From contig NC_043016.1 in the NCBI RefSeq assembly GCF_006345805.1, positions 19,964,001-20,028,000 of the forward strand: 64,000 bases of DNA. The letters run 5' to 3'. Every line of letters starts with the position of its first letter. Position 1 is the stretch's first letter. The translations under genes were made by a program, and so were the position numbers. This DNA comes from Octopus sinensis (Eukaryota). Under the pieces are notes generated by a model that worked only from the letters and a program-made list of their open reading frames with translations, did not search any database and was not told where the DNA came from. Shown here one piece after another: positions 1 through 11,011 of the stretch.

Positions 1-109
1 GAATCTCTCAAGAGACAACAGAATATGCTCCAACACACGAACTCATATAAAGAATCTTGCAAACCAAATCCAAAAAAAATATATATATATATATATATAT
101 ATATAGGAA

Positions 110-240
110 GGGCATCCAGCTGTAGAAACATTGCCAGATAAGACTGGAGCCTGGTGCAGCCTTCTGGCTTCCCAGATCCCCGGTCAAACCGTCCAACCCA
201 TGCTAGCATGGAGAACAGACGTTAAACGATGATGATGATA
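110..240 (+). mobile_element. RTE LINE 3' end fragment (family B)
   Basis: AGGAAGGGCATCCAGCTGTAGAAA…ACGTTAAAC(GAT)n, shared with about 20 copies; window starts inside the element. Confidence 0.75.
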
Positions 241-254
241 TATATATATATATA

Positions 255-646
255 GGCGCAGGAGTGGCTGCGTGGTAAGTAGCTTGCTTACCAACCACAT
301 GGTTCCGGGTTCGGTCCCACTGCGTGGCATCTTGGGCAAGTGTCTTCTGCTATAGCCCCGGGCCGACCAATGCCTTGTGAGTGGATTTGGTAGACGGAAA
401 CTGAAAGAAGCCTGTCGTATATATGTATATATATATGTATATATGTGTGTGTGTGTTTGTCTGTCCGTGTTTGCTGGTGTGTTTACGTCCCCGTAACTTA
501 GCGGTTCGGCAAAAAGAGACCGATAGAATAAGTACTGGGCTTACAAAGAATAAGTCCCGGGGTCGATTTGCTCGACTAAAGGCGGTGCTCCAGCATGGCC
601 GCAGTCAAATGACTGAAACAAGTAAAAGAGTAAAAGAGTAAGAGTA
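255..646 (+). mobile_element. tRNA-derived SINE, family A
   Basis: Head GGCGCAGGAGTGGCTGYGTGGTAAG…GGTTCCGGGTTC (A/B box-like), internal (TA)n(TG)n, tail (GTAAAAGA)n; more than 10 copies in window. Confidence 0.85.
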
Positions 647-653
647 TATATGG

Positions 654-873
654 AGGGCGTTGTGTGTGTTTATTGAGCGAAAACACCTAAAAAGCTCCAC
701 GGGGCTCCGGCAGGGGGGTGGTGATCCCTGCTGTACTCTTTCACCACTCTTTCTCTCACTCTTTCTTCTGTTGGCCTGCTCGCTTAGCCAGCGGGGTGGC
801 GTCATTGAAGGCTAAAACAATGCGAACGCATTGTGACCAGCGATGTGTAACAACATCTGATGGTCTGGTCGAT

Positions 874-879
<6 letters not shown>
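654..879 (+). mobile_element. OR-type (tRNA-Arg-like head group) SINE, 5'-truncated, tail type b
   Basis: Shares the core TTTATTGAGCGAAAACACCTAAAGCTCCAC with 40125-40512; inverted copy at 3557-3831. Confidence 0.75.
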
Positions 880-933
<54 letters not shown>

Positions 934-1227
934 TGGAGTTCTGAAATATCACGACGTTGCTACTCTGGAGTTTGGCGTCAACTGCTAATCATATAGGAGT
1001 ATAATTATATTACTAATGGTCGACACGAATATCCGAGTTACAACAGTATATCTGATTTTAAATAATATGTAAACAATAGTATATACATGTATATATATAT
1101 ATGTACTGAGAACTTTTTCTCACATTTGTGAAACGAAATAATTTGACTGTAAATTTATATACGTGACTCAAGGCTGCGACTGCATTTATCAAACATATAC
1201 ACACACACACATTTAGTGGGAGGATAC

Positions 1228-1455
1228 TATTGGGTTGGTGCATAATTATTGCGGCTTCTCCACCCCCAACAAAATCAATAACAATATTTAACAAAAATAT
1301 TTTTAAATGACGGTCGGGTCGTCTGCCAAGCAAACGGGAAGCAGTAATTGAAGTAGATGGTGAATATGCTCCCGAATAATCATTTAAAGATATTTTTGTT
1401 ACATGTTATTGATTTTGTTGAACAAAAGCCGCAATAATTATGCACCAACTCAATA
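1228..1455 (+). mobile_element. Mariner-derived MITE
   Basis: TIRs TATTGGGTTGGTGCATAATTATTGCGGCTT / AAGCCGCAATAATTATGCACCAACTCAATA; interior encodes RLPSKREAVIEVDGEYAPE*, a mariner transposase C-terminus. Confidence 0.8.
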
Positions 1456-1816
1456 TTAAAAATATATATATAAATAATTATGTAGGGTAGAGATTTTTTT
1501 TTTAAATGTTAGCAGATTTACGTTTTACAAAACTGAGGACTTTGAGATAACTTTTCCCCCAAAATCTTCAATATTAAATATTTAAAAGTAACACCTTTAA
1601 ACAGTACTTGCAATTGCGACTCAATGAATGACTAAAACTAAAATGCAAAATTTATAACAACAGGAAAAGAAAGCCTAAATGAATTCATATTTCACAAAAT
1701 AAATAGCGGTTTCGTTATTTTTATAATAAAAATAAACCCCATTCAGCTATGGCTTATTACCAATTCAACAACCTAAAAGCAAATATATAGACGTCACTAA
1801 AATATGTGTGTGTGTG

Positions 1817-1865
<49 letters not shown>

Positions 1866-1944
1866 GCAAAATTAAGATGACATTTTCAATTTACATACGT
1901 ATAGGAAAAATAAAGCAACCCTTCTGAAAGCATCTAATATGTAA

Positions 1945-2342
1945 TCTTTATATATAAAAGTGAAGTTGTGTGTCTGTCTCCTACGATTTAGATTCCTAAC
2001 TACTCCCACATTTTGCGGTGCAGTTTAACCAAAAGCGGGTATCTTATAGTCGTGATTCATATCGAGCCCTTCTGGGTATTAGCGCGCGTCTACGATGAGT
2101 CTACGATTTTTAAAAAAATTTACAATCATTTTTTTCCATTTTAATGCATTTTTTCGCTATTAAATAAGGGAAGTAACTCTCTAAAAATGTCTACGATGAG
2201 TCAACGATTTTAAAAAATATTTACCATCATTTTTTTTTCCATTTTTAATGCATTTTTTGCTATTTTTTGGCTATAACTCTCTAAAAATGCTTATATAGTT
2301 ATTTCCCTTACAAACCCGAGAAACGCCGGGCGATACTGCTAG
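1945..2342 (+). mobile_element. Non-autonomous Helitron
   Basis: 5' TC (A|TCTTTATATATAAAA), 3' GC-rich hairpin CCCGAGAAACGCCGGG at 2315-2330 then CTAG|T, inserted at an AT site; internal ~100 bp tandem duplication. Confidence 0.78.
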
Positions 2343-3322
2343 TTCTCAATAAGAAACTACTAATATATCAGTGTTGAGAAATGTGAGTATGTATGCTTCT
2401 AATTCATATATGAAGACAGATATCCTATCAATACGGTTCGATACTAATGTAGGCGACTACAGCAAGAAGGGAAGTAAATCAAATGAATGGAAAAAAAAAA
2501 ATGAAATTTTATTTTTAAACAACCTTCTTATTATACAGTGTTTATTATACTGGCATACACAGTTATATATATATGTGTGGGTGGGTGTCTGTACGTATGT
2601 ATGTAATTTATTGATGTTATGATGAGAAAGAGAAAAACATTGATGAAGTAGAAATACAAATGACTCCCCTTCGTTGAGGGGTGTGTCTGCTACGATTGAC
2701 ATCGTTCCTGAAGATATTGCCATTATATAATTAATAGTATTATCGAAATATCGATTTAACAGACAATACAAAATACTCTAGCTCTAACGTATTACGTTGT
2801 TAAAAAAGGAATTACAAGCAATTAGTACAACAATCAATCTAATTCTAAACCTTCACTTAATGGCAGAAGCGAAGAGGAGGTGAGAGAAAGAGAGAGAGAG
2901 AGCTTCCTGCTTAAAATATTAATTAGATATATATTTAAACGGATGGCAGCGGATTTAAGAAATAGGCCATGAGCGATATAGGTAAATCACGTTTTCTTTA
3001 TAAACGTAATAGTAAATAATTGAAGACAAACTTACCGTTTCCAAAGAGTTTTATGTGCAACGTAGAAGAAATGTTTTATATGTTTTACGTGGTTTGAGGG
3101 AGAAACAAGAAACCACTGAATGACTTTTAATGAGAGCACTGACGAACTTCCGGTACAGGCGACTTCCTCTATGATTACACATGGAAGGATAACTCTTGTT
3201 ACTTTCTTACTTAAATCAAAATTTTTTTGCATTGGCTACGATACAATACCGGAACTCTTATCCGGCTTTCAAAAATCCGGCAACACTATACAATATACTG
3301 TATTATGCAGTATAGTGTACAG

Positions 3323-3501
3323 CAGTGCTTTTCAAACTTTTTGCTGAAGCGGAACACCAAGGAAACGTTCCACTGGCTCGAGGAACCCCTGTGCAATAAT
3401 TTAATTGTCTTATGCACACATATCTGCACAGGAGAATTAAAAATTACTGTCGATTTTAGTATTTTTGTAACTTTTTGCGGAACCCTGGTTGAAAACCACT
3501 G
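3323..3501. mobile_element. hAT-type MITE
   Basis: TIRs CAGTGCTTTTCAAAC / GTTGAAAACCACTG with perfect 8-bp TSD GTGTACAG (3315-3322, 3502-3509). Confidence 0.85.
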
Positions 3502-3509
3502 GTGTACAG

Positions 3510-3556
<47 letters not shown>

Positions 3557-3563
<7 letters not shown>

Positions 3564-3831
3564 ATCACCGTGACCGACCAGACCATCAGATGTTGTTACA
3601 CATCACTGGTCACAATGCGTTCGCATTGTTTTAGCCTTTGAATGACGCCACCCAACTGGCTAAGCGAGCAGGCCACAGAAGAAAGAGTGGTGAAAGAGTA
3701 CAGCAGGGATCACCACCCCCTGCTGGAGCATCGTGGAGCTTTGAGGTGTTTTCGCTCAATAAACACTCACAACACCCGGTCTGGGAATCGAAACCGCGAT
3801 CCTACGACCACGAGTCCGCTACCCGAACCAC
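3557..3831 (-). mobile_element. OR-type SINE, tail type b
   Basis: Reverse complement of 654-879 plus part of the tRNA-like head. Confidence 0.78.
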
Positions 3832-3833
3832 TC

Positions 3834-3872
<39 letters not shown>

Positions 3873-4134
3873 TATATATATATATATATGATAATTATTA
3901 TTTGAGGGAATATAAATCCAAACTTACAAATTTCTATTATATGTAACTTTCTAGATGGTGTAAATTTAATTGTTCATTTTGAATTGATAAAAGGTGGTTT
4001 TTTCTAATTTATATATATATATATATATATTGTATTATACTGGAGTAAACACATAAATGTGAAACAAGGTGGAAAAAAGAGTATTCAAATACCAGGGGTA
4101 GAGTAATATGCTTTATTTAAAAGCAGCAGAAATT

Positions 4135-4190
4135 CAACAAAACCTGTTACTCTGAGTTTCACGTTCCCGTTCGTCGGACAGTTTTTGTTG
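4135..4190 (-). ncRNA. Minimal type I hammerhead ribozyme motif (Penelope-type), U4C core variant
   Basis: Minus strand: CAACAAAAACTGT-CCGACGA-ACG GGAA CGT-GAAA-CTCAGAG-TA-ACAGGTTTTGTTG. Helix I 12 of 13 bp, helix II 3 bp with tetraloop, palindromic helix III, GUA triplet. Confidence 0.7.
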
Positions 4191-4289
4191 AAAAAAAAGA
4201 AAAAAAGATGTACTGTCTATATAGAGTAAACAGAGACAGTTTTTTATGTTAGTTTTCGGGTTAAAAATAATTTCTTTATTTTTTTAAGT

Positions 4290-4557
4290 GACTTCCACCT
4301 CTTTTCAACCACCAAGTCTTTTTTGAAGGGGAAGCACTTTACGGATGATGATGAACTTATTTCCAGGGTAAAATCTTGGTTCCAGATGCAACCACCAACT
4401 TCTACTGATGAGGTTTCACAGCTGCATAAACCGATGGGAGCAGTGTATCACAATTGGTGGTGACTATGTAGAAAAGGACTAATAACTATGCCAAGTTCCG
4501 TTTATCCCGGTTCTTGGGAAGTGGGTCAGGGGAAACCTTCAATGAACGCCCCTTGTA
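4290..4557 (+). mobile_element. Mariner 3' fragment
   Basis: Frameshifted GKHFTDDDELISRVKSWFQ…RWEQCITIGGDYVEKD*; ends AATGAACGCCCCTTGTA (TIR-like). Confidence 0.7.
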
Positions 4558-5950
4558 TGAGGTGCATAATCTTGTTCGTTTCAACTTAGATTAAGTTCCA
4601 CATGGCACTCCAACTGGACTTTCATTATGAGCAGTCACTCAAACGATAAGAAAAGACATAGATGTTCATTGAAGCAAACGCTACTTCAATCTGATGAAAT
4701 CATGATGAGATCATTTCGCCAAAAGGTTGTAATTTCTTTCCAGTTGCACTCATAGGCATCGGTTTAATGTTTTCTGGTGAAAGTGGAGAACTTGGAATGC
4801 AAAATGGTTCCTCTGCTACCATGATAAGCAGTCCCTATCAGATGAGAAGTAAGAGCTGGTTTCATATATATGTGATGTGTTGTGATGCATTTGAATCGAA
4901 TTGTCAAAGACCACCTTTGAAGTTGAACTTTGCTGGCTGTGTATACCTATACAAGTGTGACACTTAACCCGCTTTATTTCCTCATAACTTTCAGACAAAA
5001 TGCATAATTTTAAATGACATTTTCTACAAATACCTTTCAGATTGTGTAGGTTACAATTATATCAAAATTAGAGTCTAAAAATAATTGGCGAGCAGTCACA
5101 TGCACATATTGACATACATCACATAATGTTTCCAAAATTTAAAATTCCATTTTGTAGTTATATATGTGCACACCCACCGTTTAAAAAAATTTTTTTTTCA
5201 CATTAAATTCTGATATAATAGTAATCTAACACCATCTGAAAGGTGATATAATAGTAATCTAACACCATCTGAAAGGTATATGTAGGAAATTTCATTAAAG
5301 ACATCCATTTCAGAGTGGTTGGCATTAGGAAGGGCGTCCAGCTGTAGAAACTCTGCCAGATCAAGACTGGAGCCTGGTGCAGCCATCTGGTTCGCCAGCC
5401 CACAGTCAAACTGTCCAACCCATGCTAGCATGGAAAGTGGACATTAAATGATGATGATGATGATTTATCTGAAAGTTATGAGGAAACAAAGTCAGCTTGT
5501 GTGAATTAACTGAAGCTCCTCTCCCCTACAACTGTAAAATTTATCACAAAAAATCCAATGCAGTGGTAATTTACACTACCTGAAAGTTTACCATCATTGA
5601 AATCATGTGATTGAGCAAAGCTAAGATCAGAACTCAGGAAAACGAATGAAGTTGTCATAAGAATTTCAATTAAGAGCATCACCGAGTTAAATTCCTAGAT
5701 GTATTCCTCTGCTTATGTCATTACAGAGAAGATAGGAAATGCAAAGGAACAAAGAACCATTCTGGAAAAGGAGAATAAAAGAAAGTAGCAACACAGATTT
5801 CACTATAACCATGGAAGTAAGGAGAGGAAATATGAGGCTCAATGATAGAGAACAGAATTGCATGAATAAGAAATACCACCTGCTGCATAAAGGCACTCTA
5901 GTTATATTGGATATGTTAAAAGATCAAAGCAAATGAAGATAAGATCAACA

Positions 5951-6348
5951 GGCGCAGGAGTGGCTGTGTGGTAAGTAGCTTGCTAACCAACCACATGGTT
6001 CCGGGTTCAGTCCCACTGCGTGGCATCTTGGGCAAGTGTCTTCTGCTATAGCCTCGGGCCGACCAAAGCCTTGTGAGTGGATTTGGTAGACGGAAACTGA
6101 AAGAAGCCTGTCGAATATATGTATATATATATATATATGTATGTGTGTGTTTGTGTGTCTGTGTTTGTCCCCTAGCATTGCTTGACAACCGATGCTGGTG
6201 TGTTTACGTCCCCGTCACTTAGCGGTTCGGCAAAAGAGACCGATAGAATAAGTACTGGGCTTACAAAGAATAAGACCCGGGGTCGATTTGCTTGACTAAA
6301 GGCGGTGCTCCAGCATGGCCACAGTCAAATGACTGAAACAAGTAAAAA
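5951..6348 (+). mobile_element. SINE family A, full length
   Basis: Near-identical to 12426-12842 and 37271-37695. Confidence 0.88.
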
Positions 6349-6723
6349 AAAAATTTTTTTTTAAAGTTTAGAAAAAATCAGAACCTGTTCTGGATGGAGG
6401 AAATAAAGAAGTAGAGTTAACTGATCCCAAAGAAGCAACTTCATTTTGGAGCAACATATGATCAGATGCCTTGGCCCCATGAAGTGGAAGAAGAATCGAA
6501 AGATATGGAAATACTGGAGGACATTATTGTCACTTTGGAAGATATTGAAGCTGAAGTTGGTAAGATGAGAAATTGGAAGGTAGCTGGCCCGGACCAAGTT
6601 CAGGATTTTGAGTTCATGGTTATGAACTACAAAAACTCCTGTAAGACGGTGTATACAAAGGAACTGTACCACAATGGATAGTCAAAGGAAGAATTGTGCT
6701 GATTCAGTAACTATTGTCCAATT

Positions 6724-7065
6724 GCTTACTCTTTTACTTGTTTCAGTCATTTCATTGTGGCCATGCTGGAGCACCACATTTAGTCGAGGAAATCAACCCC
6801 AGGACTTATTCTTTGTAAGCCCAGCACTTATTCTATTGGTCTCTTTTGCCAAACCACTATGTTACAGGGACGTAAACACACCACCATCGGTTGTCAAGCG
6901 ATGTTGGGGGTGGGGACAAACACAGACACACAAACATATGCACACACACACATATATACCACGGGTTTCTTTCAGTTTCCGTCTACCAAATCCACTCACA
7001 AGGCTTTGGTCAGCTCAAGGCTATAGTAGAAGACACTTGCCCAAGGTGCCACACAGTAGGACTGA
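6724..7065 (-). mobile_element. SINE family A, head-truncated
   Basis: Reverse complement of the family A body and tail. Confidence 0.85.
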
Positions 7066-9229
7066 ACCTGGAACCTCCTATCCCTACATGTTTACCTATG
7101 ATGTAAAAGCTTCTTTTACTGGGATAATGAGAAAGAAATTATATGACCATCTTGAAAAAATGAACAAAAAGGCTGCAAGAAGGGATCACGTGGAACAAGG
7201 GATCAGCTGCTGATTGATAAGGCAATTCTTGGGAACTACCAAAATATGTTAACAAGTCTATCAATGGCTGGGGTTGACTATAAGAAGGCATATGATATGG
7301 TTCCTCACTCGTGCATTCTGAAATGCCTAGAGATGGTCAGGACAGTTAAAAATAGGATTTGTTTATTCAAAAAGAGTATGAGAAACTGCAAGACACTTCT
7401 GACTACTGATGAAAAAGAAATTGGACAATCAAGAGGGGAATCTTTCAAGGAGACTCTATTTAACTCTTACTCTTTATTGTAAATATATTACCACTCTCCA
7501 TAGTTCTGAGAAAGATGAGAGCTGATTACAATCTACAGAAAAACATGAGACCAATCAATCACCTGCTGTTTATGGATGAATCGAAGCTCTACAAATCCAG
7601 CAGAGATCAATTGGATTCCCTTATTCAGACTGTACAAATTTTCTCTCAAGTTATCCTGATGGCATTTGATATAGAGAATTGTGCTGTTATTGAACAGAGA
7701 GAAAGGTGAAAAGTACACAGTAGTGAAGTATGACTTTCAGATGATGAATGGATAAGAGAAGTGAACGGAGAAGGTTACAAGCATCTTGGTGTCTTACAAT
7801 TAGGCCAGGTGGTGCACACCAAGATGACGGAGAAAATTTCTTCTGAATATACCAGAAGAGTTAAAAAGTTATGCAGATCTAATGTGAATGGAGGGAACCT
7901 GATTAAAGACATCAATGTTTGGGTTGCAGATGTGATATGTTACTGCACAGGAATTGTGGAATGGACAAAGGAAATACTAGTCAACATGGGTAGAAAAATT
8001 AGGAAGGTAATGGCTATGCATGGGTACCGTCATGCTAGAAGTTACGTAGCAAAGGTATACCTGCCAAGGAAGGAAGGTGGAAGAGGATTGGTTAGCATAG
8101 AAGCATTGTGAAGGAGATCAAATCCTTGCATGCCTCTCAGAGCAATAGTGATGAAAGAAAGTTGCAGGCTGCACTGAGTGAGATGACAATCATAGACAAT
8201 AGAGAGACTTGCCAGGAGTTTAATATGAGGATTAATAAAGAAAAGATTATCAACTGGAAAGAGAAAGCCCTACATGGAAAATTTTTCCAACAAACATCTG
8301 ATGAAGAATCCTGGAAATAGTTAAGAAATTAATTGTTAAAGGAGACAGGACAGATTTTTGTTGCTCAAGAACAAGCTTTACGAACCAACTCAGTCAAGTG
8401 TAGCAGAATCACCTTTGTGTAGACTATGTGAAAAATAATGTGAGACAGTTAGGCATATAATTAGTGGATGTTCAAAACTGACCCAAAAGGAGTACAGAGC
8501 ATGCCATTACAAAGTGGTGGTGTGAATACACTGGGAGTTGTGCAAGAAGTATGGGCTAGAATGTTCCAAGTGGTATGACCACCAACCTTTGCCAGTAGCA
8601 GAGAATGATCAAGTGAAACTCATATGGGATTGCCAATATACACAGACAAGAAGTTGTAACATAATCAACCAGACATCACTCTCCAACAGAAGGAGTCTAA
8701 AGAATGGACCTGCATTGACGTAGCTATACTTGCTGACCAGAATATTGTGAAGACAGAGAGTGAGAAAGTGAGGAAGTACCAAGACCTAGCATTCAAAGTG
8801 AAACAAATCCATAGAGCATGAAAAGTGAGTGTGGTTGGAACCATTTCAAAGAGAGCGATATTCTGGCAACAAAAGCTGCAAATACCAAACTTTGTAGGAA
8901 ATATTCAGTTGGTAGCAATATTTAGAACGGCTCATGTGTTAAGAAAAGAATGTTGCATGACTTATCTGGTGGATGGAGCTGAGACATGACACAGATAAAT
9001 CTGGAGAAGCTAAGTGATTGAATGAATGATGACAATGATGATGATTTTTTTTTTACTACATTAAGGACAGCACAAGACAGAACATTGTGTGTATGTGTGT
9101 GCATGTGTTTTGATGTGTAAATAGGTTTAACAAAAAAAACAGATAAAATAAAATACATTTTTACAATGATTGAATATTGACAATGAGTCAATAGGGAGGA
9201 AATGTTCAAGGGCTGCTCATGGAAAAACC

Positions 9230-10075
9230 CCATAAAACTATGTGTGTCCTGACTTCTGGGGCAGATACTTTTTCTTGGTTCTTTAGCTCCGATTTACATG
9301 CGTATGCTCGGGGTAGGCCCATTCACTTGCACCATGCTTGCTACTATCATCCACTTTTCCACAAAGTGGCTGGAAGACAACACTTCCCTCTCCACTCTTA
9401 TTTTCCTTTTCGAGTGAAACTTGAAGAAGTTGATGAGAGATTGACCAAAGAGGAAAGTGTTTGTGTTCAGCACCTCTAATCGTGTCCAACATACAATACA
9501 ACCTCTTTCACCAGGGCTACCAGTTACGTAAAACTGCCGGCCCTTTCCGGTTAAAAGAAAGTGGCAGAGCAATCTTCACAATGGATTCAGTTGACAGCTG
9601 GATCCGTCCTACACATGATAGCAGGGTGTTCAACATAAACCCACAGGTCAGCAATGCACGGGCACTGGATTAGTGCGTACAGGGTAGTTTCATCACCCTG
9701 CTCACATTTCGGACATGCTCAGCTGATGGCACTTCTCTACCTATAGAGTTTATCTTGAACTAGCAAATTTCCAGGTAGTACTGCCAGGCCAGGGATTCCT
9801 GGAGGTTATCCATTATCCCTGGGCTGAAAGTTTTCCGAAAGAAAGCGGCAAGTTAATCATCTTCAATGCCCAGGCTCTCTCCAAAAATGTCATCGTGCTT
9901 TCTCCTCACTAATCTTCTATAGAATGCTAATGTAGATTTTCCTCCTATTGCAATGGTCGAGTGGCTCAGTACAGTGAGTGCTTGAAAACAATTCCACTTT
10001 CTAAGTGCTCTCTCTCAGTCTCTGCTTGACCTAGGACTGCAGCTCCATCAAGGAGACAAGTTGGGGTAACATGCA
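9230..10075 (-). mobile_element. Tx1/L1-like LINE 3' ORF2 remnant
   Basis: Minus strand gives DKLYR…CPKCEQGDETTLYALIQCP and WTRL…GQSLINFFKFHSKRKIRVERE; a related piece [18 protein letters not shown] is on + at about 12895-12965. Confidence 0.6.
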
Positions 10076-10135
10076 TCTAGCAAATGACAACCACACCTGT
10101 TCACCGACAAGGAAGCACTGGAGATGTCATAGCTT

Positions 10136-10138
<3 letters not shown>

Positions 10139-10189
<51 letters not shown>

Positions 10190-10236
10190 TATTAATAATA
10201 ATAATAATAATAATAATGATGATGATGATGATAATG

Positions 10237-10284
<48 letters not shown>

Positions 10285-10285
10285 G
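10139..10285. repeat. (AAT)n/(GAT)n microsatellite
   Basis: Direct reading; source of the poly-N and poly-I ORFs. Confidence 0.95.
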
Positions 10286-10289
10286 CATA

Positions 10290-10790
10290 ATTTCTAGGTA
10301 ACTAAAAAATTTTAAACTTCGTATACTGGTAGAATGTGTTTATGAAACATCTTTTTCTCTTGACTTTATTGAGAAAATTCTATAGTTTGTTGGGGTTTTT
10401 TCTTCAATTTCTGCAATTTCAACCAATCACTGACGTCTATTGAGGTAAAGAACATTCTGTGCCGTATGAATATGTCCCTCGTTTAAGAAACAGATTGGGT
10501 TTATTTACATTTGTGAAGAAAAAAAGATACCCTTCCCCCCACCCCTAATCCTAACCCTAAAACAGATTGAAATGCAATAGATCGATACTAGGGTCATAAT
10601 TATGGGTGACAATTTCATATGACACCGCTAGAAAAAAACTGCCGTTCAAACCGAAAAGATCCGACTTCGATAAAATTCAAACCGAAAGCGTAAAGCTGGG
10701 AGAAATGTCGCGAAGCATTTTGTCCGGCGTGTTAAAAGATTCTGCCAGCTCGCTGCCTAATGATAGTAATGAAAGGGATACAATGTGTTT
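10290..10790. mobile_element. Unclassified interspersed repeat, possibly Helitron/Helentron-associated
   Basis: 10300-10450 matches 43750-43910; contains CCTAATCCTAACCCTAA. Confidence 0.45.
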
Positions 10791-10888
10791 ATGAATGAAT
10801 GAATGAATGAATGAATGAAAATCTTAAAGCTTTCACATGTAAATAAAACAAGGGAGCTAACTCCGAATATTTAAGTGAAACTACCAAA

Positions 10889-11011
10889 ATGGCAGAACAC
10901 GCTGCGCATTTAACTAACACCACGTCAAATAAAAGACCGTCAATATTCGAAATCCTTGCACAGGATAGTCTAAACAGAGTAATACAACCAGCAGTGAAAC
11001 GTGCCGTGCGG
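10889..11011 (+). CDS. PEX12: PEX12 exon 1 ([41 protein letters not shown])
   Basis: ATG at 10889; donor GTAAGA at 11012; phase 0. Confidence 0.95.

Larger units (their letters stand above)
5480..9050 (+). mobile_element. Decayed R4/Dong-like non-LTR retrotransposon (RT plus restriction-like endonuclease), with two nested SINEs
   Basis: Fragments [62 protein letters not shown]…ETVRHIISGC, HWELCKKYGL, CIDVAI, EKVRKYQDLA; many stops and frameshifts. Confidence 0.85.

Noticed and set aside
945-1000. Half hammerhead on the minus strand (CAAA-CTC-CA-GAG-TA-GCAAC)
   Set aside because: Helix III and GUA resemble the 4135 motif and the segment starts similarly (TATACTGGAGT), but G12 and the CUGANGA half are missing; at most a decayed remnant.
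2600-2740. Possible terminal exon (YDEKEKNIDEVEIQMTPLR*)
   Set aside because: No convincing acceptor or homology.
6674-7213. 179-aa ORF
   Set aside because: Chimera of an antisense SINE and LINE debris; the same peptide recurs in other SINE copies.
8298-8325. CTGATGA…GAAA hammerhead look-alike
   Set aside because: No helix I, II or III pairing; lies in the LINE reading frame; chance match.
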